Counted from the stretch's first letter, positions 11,675 to 24,692 are shown. The stretch: 64,000 nt of DNA from Podarcis liolepis (GCA_965112155.1 OZ218098.1); one strand, 5' to 3'. Program-made: numbers and translations. The notes: generated from the sequence alone by a model not told the origin.

Positions 11675-12286
11675 TACCTCTTGCTGTACAATCCTGAGAT
11701 ACCACACCCTTCTCTATATTGTCTGCCAAAACTCCTTCACTAGCACTACCCACAATCACTAGCACCCAATCTTAAAGGCTTTGAAATTACATCTACTGAT
11801 TATCTGAACATTTGTGAAAATTATGCTTAAGTAGAGAATTCTTCCTACGTTTTATGCAAAACCCCCCAAAACTCTACCATCATAATGGGATTGTACTATT
11901 ACTTTTATAATTTATTGGCTTTCAATTCGTGAGTTGGAACCCACTACTGGGTCGGAACAGCTGCTGTCAAATGCCTATTTCAGCCAAAGTTGGGTCCCAG
12001 GACTTAAAAGGGTTAAAGACTACTGTACTAATTGACCTGGAGGATACTGATTGTCTCTTTATGTTCATTGTTGATACATTTGTTTAGCACATCTATGACT
12101 CAAGCAGCAAACAACTTATACCCTAACCCTAAAGTTAACATTTGCACTGGGATAATATTTGACAAAAGTACTGTGCCGTGCTGTAAAACCAATGTGGGAC
12201 AAAAAAATATTCCCTAACATGTGCAGAGCTCACAGTTTTCTGTGCACTGGAAAGCATTTGTCTAGTACACAATGGAACCCTTTTAT

Positions 12287-12422
12287 CAGGCATAGGCAAA
12301 CTCAGCCATCCAGATGTTTTGGGACTACAACTTCCATCATCCCTGACCACTGGTCCTATTAGCTAGGGATCATGTGACTTGTAGGCCAAAAACATCTGGA
12401 GGGCCGAGTTTGCCTATGCCTG
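12287..12422. mobile_element. hAT MITE, 136 bp
   Basis: TIR caggcataggcaaactc / gagtttgcctatgcctg, with a perfect 8-bp TSD ccttttat (12279-12286 and 12423-12430). Confidence 0.93.
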
Positions 12423-14217
12423 CCTTTTATCCTCCCTCTTTGGTCCTCACATAGCTGTGAGTAGAGTCATGTGCAGTGCAATGTGTCCAGTCTTTACTTC
12501 CAACGGGAAGCATAGATGGTCCTCCCATTGAAAGTAATGTACAGCTGTAGCTCAGCTGGCACTATTTTCATTCAGTGGAAGGTTGGCAGTGGGGATGCCC
12601 CAAAACTCTGATGCATCCACTTCCATGCATGCAAACATGTGCACATGTGAAACAGCAAACAAAGCTGATAATTTATGGGTTTGCAGTGGTATGTCTACAA
12701 ATCTACCTGGTGGCTTAATAAGTTTTAGAAATGGCACATAAAACTGTAACATTAACAGCTGGATTTTATTTATTACTTAGCTATTAAATAAACATCTCCT
12801 TACTCCTTAGATTCTAGTCAAATAAAAATACATCAAATCACAAAATACAAATTCATTCAAATAAAATACAATATAAAAAGCCCCAAGCAGAAATAAGCAG
12901 AAAGCCCCATTGAAATTCAGCTTCTTAAACTGTTGCCTCTGATCACTGAAATTCCCCTGAAATTTTTACACCGGTAGGTTTCCTTGGGCAGCTGATTCTG
13001 AAGGGGGTTTGATCTGGGAGTTAAAAGTTTGAAAATTGTAATTTCTTCTTTATGTGATTCAGATAGCTATCTACTGTATGTTTTTGGAGTTTCATTAGGT
13101 AAACTGTCCTGGAATGCTGTGCAATCAAGGGCAGGATATAAATTGAACAAATAAAATAACATAAAGGGGACCACCATAAAGAAATCCCTGTTCCACATCT
13201 CAATTGATTTTAATGACTGACTTGCTCATAAATGGAGCACAGAATTAACACAAAATTTACATGTGGGTATGTATATTTGGAGTTGGGATATTAGTATTTT
13301 CTTATTAAATTACATGGGGAAAGGGATATATGATTTGTCTGAAGTATTTGGCTACATTAATCTAGCAATTTACTTTCCTTTTACTGTACTTTCTTCTTTT
13401 GCCTCATTTATAGTTTTGCACTTGCTCTGTATCTTTTTAGAATAGTTTCCAGAAGTGTTATTGGAAACTGACATTACATTAAACACACATTTAATACATT
13501 TAAAGTATACTTTACGCAAAATATAACCAGCCTAACTTCAACATTCTGTTTCTAATTATTAGTATAATTTCCTAGATTACAACTAGAAGAAAAAGGAGAG
13601 TTGTTTTCTCTCAATTGTACTGAGATATATTTTTTTATCATGTAAATATAGCCCAGTACCTTTGTAAACCACTGTTGGGTGCCAATTGTCTCATTATTAA
13701 AAACAACAGCCTAGAATTGCTTTTTAAAAACCTATTTTGTAAGCACATTTTAAAATGCTCGCACTGTTTGACGGCAAGCTAGGCAACATTGCTTTTCTGC
13801 AAAAAGGGTTAAATAGATGTGAATGAATACAGAAATAAGGCTTTTAATATTCTGCAAATATTAACAAAGAAAAATGATAATGTTGAGTTAATGTGGGTTA
13901 AGGATGAAATGAAAATAAATTTTTCTGATTGCTAAGTGTTGACACTTTTTTGGCTATTCCCTCAAATCTTTTTCTTTTTCTTTTTTGAAGGCTGTGTAAT
14001 TACAGAAGGCTTTTCCCCTCCTTCCCCCTCCTGCTTTGAGCCCACATTAGTAATGACCCTTTCACTGCTTCAAAAACCACTAATAGTCTTCAGCAAAGGC
14101 AAGAAAAATGAACAGGATAAATTGGAATCCACAGTCAGTAATTTGCATCATATGAGGCTGCTTTGGCCACTCACACTCATTCCTGGCCATCAATCCTTTG
14201 CTGTCAGGTGCTGCACT

Positions 14218-14349
14218 NNNNNNNNNNNNNNNNNNNNNNNNNNNNNNNNNNNNNNNNNNNNNNNNNNNNNNNNNNNNNNNNNNNNNNNNNNNNNNNNNNN
14301 NNNNNNNNNNNNNNNNNNNNNNNNNNNNNNNNNNNNNNNNNNNNNNNNN
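14218..14349. other. Assembly gap (132 N)
   Basis: Run of N. Confidence 1.
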
Positions 14350-15967
14350 GGGTGGTTTCAAGCTGAAAAGCCTTGAGTACAAATTTTAATTGACTGAAAA
14401 TCAGGGCTGGACAAAAAGATGGAAAGAACAGTCTATATTTTCTTACAAGCTTATTTCTTTTTCCGTTATAAAGAGACTGCTTTCTCCTAAGGAAGCATCT
14501 TCCAGGAATATTCAATACAAGGAGCACCTATACATGATATGGCTTAAGAAATAAGGTATAAAAATGGTTCTTTGTAAAATGGCTTATTGTCTTGGTGATG
14601 TTATTAAAATATGATATCCTTCTTTTACTAGGCAACTATTAAAAGAACCAGTTGCCTTCTGTGCATAATAGTAGCAGGGCCAATACTTTTTCATTAAAAT
14701 AGAAAGATGGTATGTGGAGTCTCTGTCCTAAATGCTAAGGCTAAGTATTTTCATGGCACTACCTTGTAAGTAGATCTGTTCAGAATCACAGCCATAGCAT
14801 CACAAGCAAATATTGAACTAAACATATAAAGAATGATGGCAGGAAGGTTGCAGTCAACAAATAGTATGCTATGTTGGTGCAGTATATCTATTTGAAACTA
14901 GGTACACACTTGGGGTAGAATTCTAAAACTAGCAAATCATTGAGGAATCAGCTAAAACCATATTGGGTCGAGTGACACTCTTTGCTTTCAGTAGGGTAAC
15001 TACTGTGCTTCAGATCAACATACAGTACAATGAAATTATAGAAATTCAGTCCTCTCAAATGGCCCTTATTATTCTCAATTAAGAGTGAAGAACAATATAG
15101 CAACAACCTCAACTTACATGGCATTATATATTTGCAAGTTTCCCCTTTTTTAAATCAGTGATGTTATGGCTTTTTAAACATGAAGTGGACTGTTTATCTG
15201 AAAGCGTTCTGGCAGGCCACCACCACATTTCTAAAATTAAATAAAGGATTTGAAAACAATCAGCATTTCGAGCAGTTCAGACCACAGCAATATGTTTCAG
15301 ATTAATTTACAAATATATGTATATATTTAAGACTAAACTACAGAACTAGAAAATTCCTACTAGTTAGTCTATAACATGCCTTCTTACACTTTATTAGAAC
15401 AGACATCATATTGAAATAATAAACATGGGAGGCTTTCATTTCTTCTTTGATCTATATTACTAAATGTCTAACTGGCTCAAATTTAAAATAAACTCTGGGA
15501 TGTTTGCACTTAGAAACTGGAAGGAGACCACAAGGCATAATTTGTTGTCACTTTTCATATTGTCTGACTAAAACTGTAGTTTAGTCTGTGCATTACTGGG
15601 TACCATGCAATGCTCATCCAGTCAATCACACGGTGGCTAAATACTCTTGTACTAATACAAGAGTAAAGTAGTGGAAAGAGTAAAGTAGTGGAAAGCAACA
15701 GTGACAGATTTCTTTCTCAGTATGGAATGATACAGAAGTGAAGGCATGGATCACAGCTCTATATGTTCCCCAAATCACACTAAATATATAGCAGGCAAGA
15801 AGCACCACACTATGTAGATATGGTGCAGGGCAAGCTACACTCCCATATAGACCAAGTGACCCACTATCAGCTAAGGTTAATTATTTAATTGGATCGAATC
15901 ATTCTTCTATTTATTTTATTATTGGACAAAGATATTTTCAGAGGCATATGCACACAGACACACAGAA

Positions 15968-16294
15968 GTAAGCTGCCCAGAGCGGCTGGGAAAACCCAAC
16001 CAGATGGGCAGGGTAGAAATTAATAATAATAATAATAATAACAACAACTACAATACAGTGGCACCTCAGGTTACATACGCTTCAGGTTACAGGCTCCGCT
16101 AACCCAGAAATAGTACCTCGGGTTAAGAATTTTGTTTCAGGATGAGAACAGAAATCGTGCTTTGGCAGCGTGGCGGGCCCCATTAGCTAAAGTGGTGCTT
16201 CAGGTTAAGAACAGTTTCAGGTTAAGAACAGACCTCCAGAACGAATTAAGTACTTAACCCGAGGTACCACTGTAATAATAATAATAATAATAAT
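15968..16294 (+). mobile_element. Retroposon 3' tail (L2-type) with a (TAA)n tail interrupted by a MITE
   Basis: gtaagctgcccagagcggctgggaaaacccaaccagatgggcagggta followed by (TAA)n. The same family occurs inverted at about 29911-29970. Confidence 0.7.
16056..16272. mobile_element. Tigger/pogo-type MITE, 217 bp
   Basis: TA|cagtggcacctcaggtta...taacccgaggtaccactg|TA. Confidence 0.9.
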
Positions 16295-16919
16295 ATGACC
16301 CAAATATTCCAATTGGCAGGCACCTCATGTTCTCCAGGCCTACTACTAAAGCCATTATTAATTCCAGTAGCAACGACTCCTTCTAAAGGCTGCTGTTACG
16401 ACTAAGTTTGGAAAGCACAAAGTTTGGCCTAAGCTTCTGATGTAACCTTACCATGATCCCCTCCCACTCTCAACAGCAGCAACATGTCCTGGAAGATGCC
16501 AGTGAGGCAGAAACACTGCAGATGTTACCAGGAAGAATAACAAAAGCAAGGAGGGAGGAGCCTCATATCCTCACAGTATTGGCAAAGAAGGAAGAGGAGC
16601 TATGGAGATGTAAGCCTCTTGCACAGCACAGCCTGGCATCCCCAATCCACTCTGCAACTTTCTGCCATAGAGATGAATAGAACCAATTCACTTTTACGGC
16701 AGAACATAAACCAGGGGAGCAGGGAACCTCTGCAGCAGTCAGCAGCAGCCTAAAGGGCCAGCAAGCTGCGTGTAGCCACCTTTCTATTTTCTCTCAGCAC
16801 CCTAGAATGATACACTGTCAGAAGTGTTGTGAGAAATTTAAGCTGCCTGAGATGCTTGGAGCACTGGGGATGGCAGTGATGGGCTCTGAGACCCCAGCAC
16901 CTACCCAAAAAGGTCAATC

Positions 16920-17900
16920 TGCTTCTGGGTTTGCCACCTTTCCATTTAAAAACTATTAAGGTGGCTTGCAACAAGACAAATAAAATAATATAAAAACACA
17001 GAGATTTCAGTAGAGAAGGGTATAAAGAAATCAACAACTTAATAGGCGAAGCACCTGCCAAAATAAAATGACCACAAAATAATGGAAAACCATCAGGTAG
17101 TCCCCCTTAAACATAGATTTCCACAGCCTACGTGGAGCTACAAGTCCCTCTGTAGTCATAGGTAATTATCCAGTTAAATATTTTCTCCAATTATTATGGG
17201 TTGGAGTTAAGACTCTTCCCTGTCACTTTAGCTTGTTCTTGTGGTTACCTAGCTGTGCTTTAGCCTGTGAATCCATAAACAGCCTCTTGTTCTGGGCCTG
17301 CGAAGTAACCCAGTCTTATATTAAATAAATAAGAACTTAACACTTTCTCCAGTTCAGGTGTTGGTAGAACACATAGGATAGTCCCTCCAGTATATCTTAA
17401 TGAATGAGTGGGCTCATACAGGAGGTGATGACAGTCCTTTAGATATCCCAGTATTAAGCTGCTGAGGGCATCAGAACACCTGATCACCAGCACCTTGAAC
17501 TGGACATGGTAATGAACGAAACCAGCGAAGCCCTTTTAAATGAGTAACTACATGTGCCAAATACAGTGGTACCTCGGGTTACAAACTTAATTTGTTCCGG
17601 AGGCCCATTCTTAACTCGAAACTGTTCTTAACCTGAGGCACCACTTTAGCTAATGGGGCCTCCTGCTGCCACTGCGCAGCCGCTGCACAATTTCCGTTCT
17701 CATCCTTGGGGCAAAGTTCGCAATCTGGAGCAACTACTTCTGGGTTAGTGGAGATTGTAACCCGAAGCGTTTGTAACCCGAGGTACCACTGTAAATGGCT
17801 CTGGTCAAAACTCTAGCTGCTGCAAAATGAACGACTTGAAGTTTCCAGATATTTTTCGAAGGCAGCCAAACATACAGCACATTGTAGCTATCCCAATGCT
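16920..17900 (-). mobile_element. Decayed L2 LINE 3' portion, interrupted by a MITE
   Basis: The minus frame DSYNVLYVWLPSKNIWKLQVVHFAAARVLTRA matches the L2 motif DYCNALYxGLP...KLQLVQNAAARLLT. It continues with gtccagttcaaggtgctggtg after the MITE. Confidence 0.75.
17564..17791. mobile_element. Tigger/pogo-type MITE, 228 bp (same family as 16056-16272, inverted)
   Basis: TA|cagtggtacctcgggttacaaac...gtttgtaacccgaggtaccactg|TA. Confidence 0.92.
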
Positions 17901-19466
17901 CATTTAGTTCTTCATTTTCCCTGCTGTGTTTTAGAATCTGAAGAGAGGAGGAAATGATCAGCACAGTAAACAAGGACTAGGGGTGGGGTGGGACAGAAAA
18001 GTCTTGCCACTTCTGGGCTGTTACCATGGCTTTCTGGGGTGAGGGCCTCTCCCTGCTTAGTCTGTTCACAATTCACAGGCCCTGTCTACCAGGCTTTGCT
18101 GTCAGTCCCAGGCACTTGGATAGTGTGCAAGGAATCTTGCTTAGCTTTGAAAATATGAAGGAAGGTGCCCCCTCCCTATTCTATAGTATACACCATGTAA
18201 TCACCACAGTATGTTTTTACATGCCTAAAAAATTAAATGTTTGCATTTAGCCTGAATATTTCAGGTAAACGAGACTACTAATAATTCCAAATCACATGCA
18301 TGGTTGCCCTATTTAAGTTTGTTTTAAGGTGTGCGTTAACTGTGTGTGTGTTTGTGTATGTGTGTGTATATTTTTCTAATATTTTCCTGAAAGTGTGTGT
18401 ATATGAAATTCCAGATGGGATTGGTTTATTCGGTTATAGAAAGCCCAACATTCAGTGGGAAGCACAGAAAAAAAGAGTTTATGATCAAAGCAAAAGGATC
18501 TAAGTGTTCGTTTTTAGGAAGGTTTTGAATTCAAAATATTTTGGATTTCTATTTCCAAAACTAGTTCCACTGAAAAACATTGGTGCCATTCTTTACAGAG
18601 CAAGCGAAACACAGACAGCAGTAGGGAAAAAGTTGATTGTAGAATAAATATATGACTTCTAATTTTAAATATTTAGCTCCACTAGTACTTTGTGCGAGAG
18701 TGCTAAAAGCTATAAAACAGTTGCATCTCTTGTAGGAAAAACAGGTTGCCACAACTGCCTCTATAAAATACTTTTCTGCTTTTGTTGGGCAAGCTAAATG
18801 ACTGATGTCTTTCCATGTCTTCAACTTTCTCTCACTACTGTCCCTATTGTTGTACACGCATGTGCTCATGCATCAACTAATTCATTCAAACAATATAACA
18901 GGACAGGGACTATCTCCAAAAGAGTTTCCAGATGGGAAAAGAATGATAATTTAGTTCACAGTATTTGCAAATAAAAACAAAACTAAGATGTTTTATGTCT
19001 TTCCCTCTTCTGCTTTCTTTTATGCACAGACAGGAACACAGACAAATCTTAACTCTAATCAAGCAGTTGCTCCTACCTGCTGGGAAGATAGAGAGATGTT
19101 ATTGTTATGACTTTGTTAATTACTTGGGAGGTGTCAGACACTGTGGTGAGGAGCAGCAGTATAATCAGAACTTGGATAGACATCCAGGAATAGATAGCCA
19201 GAGGGAGCACTGGATCACTGCTGATTCAACAGAAACACTCAATCTTCATTTATATTGTTTTGGATTGGATTTACCACTGATGCAGCTACAATGGAGATAT
19301 AGCACATACACTTTTTCTTGGTAGATCTCCTTAGAACTCTACAGAGATGTTCCCAGAGTCTTTGGAGCCAAGTACTCAATCTACAACAAGGGCAGGGATG
19401 TAGCTAGTCACTTTGATATGTGTCTTGGTAACTTCCAGCTTTTAGCCTTTAAAGTTGGTTAGGAAC

Positions 19467-20003
19467 TCGGTTACCAGACGTCCATGTTTCCCGGGGACAG
19501 TCCCCAGATTTACAAATCTGTCCCCGGACAAAATCCATCCCCGGAATGTCCCCGGATTTCAATTAATGTCCCTGGATTTCTATTTTAAGTGTTGTAGATT
19601 TATTATTAGGGAATGGATGTTGCGTGATTGGTTCAATGGCACAAGACACATCATATGGGGACTTCCAGCGAGGCAAAATGGCGGGTGCCACGGCAGTGAG
19701 CAGCTCCTGAAGCCAGCCAGAGCCAACTGCACTACTAGGCTGGATCCGGGCTGCTGAGACTGCCGCCACCACTGCCGAGAGGGAACCGGGAGCACCCGGC
19801 GCGTGAACTGGGGGAACTCCTGACCCCCCCCACAACCCAAATCGAGCCGGAAGCGAGAGCGCCTGACCACCTGACCGATTGCCCAGCAGTGCTCCGGGGC
19901 CAGGAAACTCTGGAGCTGACACAGGGAGAAGGAGGAGAGGAGAGGAGAAAGAGAAGGAGAAAAAAGAGGGGAGCCTCGACCTTGCCGTTACTTCGCACGG
20001 CAC
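19467..20003 (+). mobile_element. CpG-rich, one-ended DNA transposon fragment (hAT-like left end)
   Basis: It starts ctcggttaccagacgtcc, resembling the AGGGTKACCAGAYGTCC end type, with about four subterminal (t)gtccccgga repeats. There is an abrupt GC/CpG rise and no matching right end. Confidence 0.55.
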
Positions 20004-20029
20004 ATAGTTACAGTATGGAATTTAGTCCC

Positions 20030-20268
20030 AGTAACATGAAGTAATGGCCACCAATTTAGCATGGCTTTAAAAGAGGATTAGACAAATTCATGAACTACTA
20101 GCCATGATGACCATGTACTGCCTTCACTGTCAGAGGCGGTATGTGCCTGAATACCTTCTGGGAATCACAAGTGAGGAGAGTGCTGTTATACTCAAGATGT
20201 TGAACTAGATTGGCCTTTGCCTTGATTCAGTATGGTTCAGAACCACTGGTGCTTCATATATTCTTATG
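20030..20268 (+). mobile_element. CR1 LINE 3' end (long-UTR family)
   Basis: atggctttaaaagaggattagacaaattcatg (GFKRGLDKFM) through a ttcttatg tail. It is paralogous to 55633-55921. Confidence 0.8.
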
Positions 20269-21524
20269 ATGTTGATTTTAGTGTAAGATTTCACTAAAAT
20301 GCATTATTTTCCTTCCACTTTCAGTTAAATCTTACATATTGCTTACTGAAATATTTTAATTTTGTGATCTTCCTGTTTCTCATTTTAAGGCTATAAACTC
20401 TTCTCACATTATTTAACTTTTACTTGTCTAACCATATTTCTATTTAATTTGCTCTTTATTGGCTTGCTTTCCATTTTGCATTAAACATGAATAATGCTTC
20501 ATGAAATGTTGACTGAATTTGATAAAAAACATTCATATTAATGTTATATTCTGCAAGAGGCCTCTCTGATTTCTGAGAAGCAACCATAGGTTACTTACAG
20601 ACTAAAAAAGAGCAACTATATCAGGATCTGGGATTAACATACAAGTATGAAGGTAAGATTTGGAATTGTCATTTTAGATTTATGTCAAAAATTGTGTTTG
20701 CATGATCCATCTATCCAAAGTTACACTTACAAGAGTAATATATACTTAAATCAGTATCAGTATAAACTATTATTTACCTTTGTTCACTAAATCTAAACAT
20801 TATACATTATTGTGCATTATATTGTAATGTAATTACTCTGGTGTTCATGCTTACCTATAACTCAGTCTACAAGTTTGAATTAGTATTATTTTAAAAAATT
20901 ATTTTATTTAACTGTTATATTAACACGCAACCAAACTTGTAAGTCTGTGCAACTATGCTTGTAATATTTTTTTTTGAAATGTAAAAAAATCAATAAAAAT
21001 AACACAAAAACAAGATAAATATGTAACTGGGTGAGAAAAATGGAAGCTAAGGCTTTTAAATGGCTACAAGAGCCCCAAGATATCTGAAGCCACAGATTTC
21101 TGAACACTTTTCAACACATTCAGTCATGGTTTGGGATCAAATGTAACAGCTAGTTCTCATTAGATGTCTTAATTTGTTTGCTGAAACTGCAATTTATCAT
21201 ATGGTAACCACAAGTAAGTACATGTTTCATTTGCACATTAGATCTGGTGCAAAAGAAATGTGAGTAATGCAGTTTAATAGACCAATTCAGACTTATGATT
21301 CCAAACTGCTACATCAAGAAACCAAATTTGTCACAAAATCTGATAATCACTAAACAGAGATAGTAAACCAAAATAAATTATTTGCCTCTAAACAACCATT
21401 GAAAGCTGCCTACAACTCTCAGTTAGACCCTGCCAGAGCGGCAGAGCTTTTCAACCTACAGGCCCTGTCAAAGGTTAGCATATATAGAACGGCTGTTTAT
21501 TGTAATTGGAGGCAGCCATTCATT

Positions 21525-21650
21525 TATCTTAAGGAAGGTTCTTTCCAATCGTATGATCAGAGATTTTCTAACTACAGATGCCAGCAACTGAGCCAGGATC
21601 TGACACATGCAAAATAAGTGCTCCACCAATGAGCTATAGTCTCACTTCAC
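21525..21650 (-). mobile_element. Decayed Squam3-like SINE
   Basis: Reverse-oriented tRNA head: catgcaaaataagtgctccaccaatgagctat. Confidence 0.55.
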
Positions 21651-21684
21651 AAGCCCTCACAGACAGGTTACATGAATAAAAACT

Positions 21685-21848
21685 GTCTTATGATGAGTCA
21701 GACCACAGGTCCTTCAAATCCACTATTGCTTACCCTGACTGGCAGTAATTCCCTAAGCCTCAACTGAGGTTTGAAATCCTTTAACGGCCAGATATTGAAC
21801 ATGGAGTCTTTTGCATGCCAGTCATGTGCTTCAACATTCAGCTGTGGG
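21685..21848 (-). mobile_element. Decayed Squam3-like SINE
   Basis: gagtcagaccacaggtcc...ctgactggcag...attgaacatggagtcttttgcatgc is the reverse complement of the 4434-5122 SINE pattern. Confidence 0.6.
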
Positions 21849-22861
21849 TTGTCCCTACTGTACAAGGGAAGTTGTAGAAATATCAACGATAGTGATGCAC
21901 GGTAGCAGTTGGAGAGTTAGCGTCAGTTTTGACAACAAATATTCCCCCCCCCCCACTTTTTTTAGCTGATGGGGCAATAATTTGATTTGCAAGTTGGAGA
22001 AGATTTTGGATCACCAACTGCAGGTGAATATATATCAGCTCACATCTTGACTAAAATTGCAAGCAATGTTACGTGAGTCTTCTAACACAAACACATACCC
22101 ATTCACTTATCATAAGTGAAGTGCAAACATCTGCAAAATGTTAAAAAAAACTTTTAAAAAGGAGAGGGAAAGCTCTTTTCAAAGATTCATCTGGCAGCTG
22201 GCCCACACAAAATACCACTGCTAGTAACAGAGCTGCCTATTCTAGTAAAGACTTCTAATTTGCATATTTAAATAAGGGCATGATTGCAATTGTCCATTGC
22301 TTATCACTGAGGTTACCTAGCCAATTGCTAAAACAAGGCTCATATTATCCTCCCCATTCTGAGCATACATATTGCAACCCTGTTGTTACATTCCATTTGT
22401 ATCCAACTCTTTCTTTTCTGAATCTTAGTTATCACCACCTCATCAAATAGATTAAGAGGTAGCAATTGAGGGAGGGCTAGTGATTACTCACATCATTATG
22501 TATTTCAAAGTGTGCAAAATCTGGATCAGCAACATTATTTGGAAGTGTCCTTTGGCATTTGTAGAAAAAGGGCCACGTTATAAGGTTCTTGACATTTGTC
22601 TCTTCCTTGTAACTGCTGTTTATTATTATACAGCACTAGTCTGGTTATAAACATCAGAGTATTAATAAAGGAAAATAACACATGCAAGGTTTACAAACAT
22701 TATATCTATGTTATACACTTCCTAGCAGTCCTTATTTGAGTTGCCTATTACAGTGAAAGTTTGGGGAACAGAGATCAACCATTATAAATTTGTGCCTAAA
22801 TACACTAAGTAAGAAGGCTCTTTCCTGCAACATATTGAATACTAGAGCTCAGTTCTAGACG

Positions 22862-22864
<3 letters not shown>

Positions 22865-22910
<46 letters not shown>
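22865..22910. repeat. (TAT)n microsatellite forming the tail of a minus-strand L2-type end (to about 22990)
   Basis: About 15 perfect units, followed by tttgcataccacccttcactcaaagatcacagggcaattca. Confidence 0.9.
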
Positions 22911-22912
<2 letters not shown>

Positions 22913-23843
22913 AATTTGCATACCACCCTTCACTCAAAGATCACAGGGCAATTCATCACATAAAAATTAAAAATGAGAACACAAAATACATAATAGAAAT
23001 AGAAACAAACCAATGGACCCCCCTTTTTTAAGATCTGGGGGATGTTTTTGGGATAAGCAAGGACAATTTTTACTTTTATTTTTAATACAGCTGTTTTGTG
23101 CAAGAGAGGTTCTGTGCAAATGAGCTGTTTTAAAAATAAAAATACAAAAACATGCCTTCAGCAACAACCAATGGGAAAAGGCAGGGTACATCCTTTCCTT
23201 GCAGCTGATGGAAACAAAACAGAAGCAGGGTGTGTGGTGAAAACAGCAGCTAGTGAAATGTCACCACAGATGTAAAAAAAACTCACCCACACAATGTGCT
23301 TCAGTGTGTCCACAGTTGGGTAACATGCAATTTTATATTGGATTTTCTTCCCTTATCCAATTATCCATGGATTGGGGGAATCCGCAGTTAGCAGGGTTGG
23401 TGGTAGAGTGCTGGCTGGCACTTGAACGAAGACATTGTGTGGACACCACAAAAAGCAACAACAGACACACAAGCAGCTTTAAGTCCATATTAAACTCCAG
23501 TGTGGATGAGCCCTGACTTAAGTATAGTTTTTACAATAAAAAATAATAATCCTATTTCCCATCCAACCTATGAATAAGTCACATCCTCTATAAATGCATG
23601 ACTTTAAAAGAAAGTTAATACTTCCTATAAATAATATCAACAAAATTCATTTAATTTGAATCAACTGAACTTTGTTCAGAGGAAATATATTTAAGGTGGA
23701 AAATGGGAGCATTAAAAGAAGTAAATTCAATTTTTTTTGTGTGTGTGTGTGTGTTTCAATTTTAGAGACATAAAATATTCTACCTTTTCTTTTTTTGCAG
23801 CTGAGCATTGGGGGAAATGACATAAACATATTGTACAGTGAGG

Positions 23844-24012
23844 CAGTGGCGTAGCGTGGGTTGTCAGCACCCGGGGCAAGGCAAGTAATTTACACCCCCT
23901 AACCCGTGGATTTGCGCCCCCTAACCCGTGGATTTGCGCCCACTAACCCTAACCCCCAGATGTTGTGCCCGGTGCGGCCGGCCACCCCTGCACCCCCCAC
24001 GCTACGCCACTG
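23844..24012. mobile_element. Young hAT MITE, 169 bp
   Basis: Perfect 17-bp TIR cagtggcgtagcgtggg / cccacgctacgccactg, perfect 8-bp TSD cagtgagg, CpGs intact. Confidence 0.95.
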
Positions 24013-24692
24013 CAGTGAGGAGCAGGGGTGCTCAAATGAACATTCTGCCTACAGGCTTCTCAGTCTTAAAAAGGCCCTTAGCCCTTATATCATCCACTTG
24101 TTTTATCCTCAGATTTCCCTCAGCGTGTGTGTGGGTGTGTGGGTGGGTGTGTGTGTGTGCATCCTCAACAGCCACTAATGAGAACAATAGATCTTTATTT
24201 GCTATATACAGTTTTCAAAATCAGACATTGTTAAACTTCTAAATAGATTCTTAAAGTTTTATAATATGCTTTATTTTATTTTTAAATGTATTGTTTTTGC
24301 TACTTTGTTGTGTGCTGCTCTAGGCTCAATTGGCAGGAAAGGTGCAATAGAAATTTAACAAATAATAATGCTGAAATAATACATGCAGACTGCATCAGAA
24401 TGCAGTTTATAGAAGACTGGTTTCATACATCGGGGAGGGTTTTATGTGTGCTAACATTTCCCCTCACCATCACAAAAGTGAAACAGCTTTCATGCAAATG
24501 ACACTTAGGAAGTCATTAGTATAACAGAAATCATCTAATTTTGCAAACAGAAAATCAAAGCATGTGATAATATTCTGTCCATAGCTGCCACAGAATAGGG
24601 GCAGGCCAGGAACTACTTGCTGTAAGAAGACAGTATCATTAAGCTGGTCAGAGGTGCCATTCCTTGGCACACAAGTGTATAAGAGATTCACA

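Noticed and set aside
13936-14527. ORFs spanning X runs (also near 45315 and 61434)
   Set aside because: Artefacts of assembly gaps.
15659-15695. Short tandem duplications (17 bp here, 12 bp near 60735-60758) and a 12-bp stem near 45716-45742
   Set aside because: Ordinary slippage products or chance, with no further structure.
19455-20003. Several overlapping ORFs
   Set aside because: A by-product of high GC content (few stop codons); low-complexity peptides.
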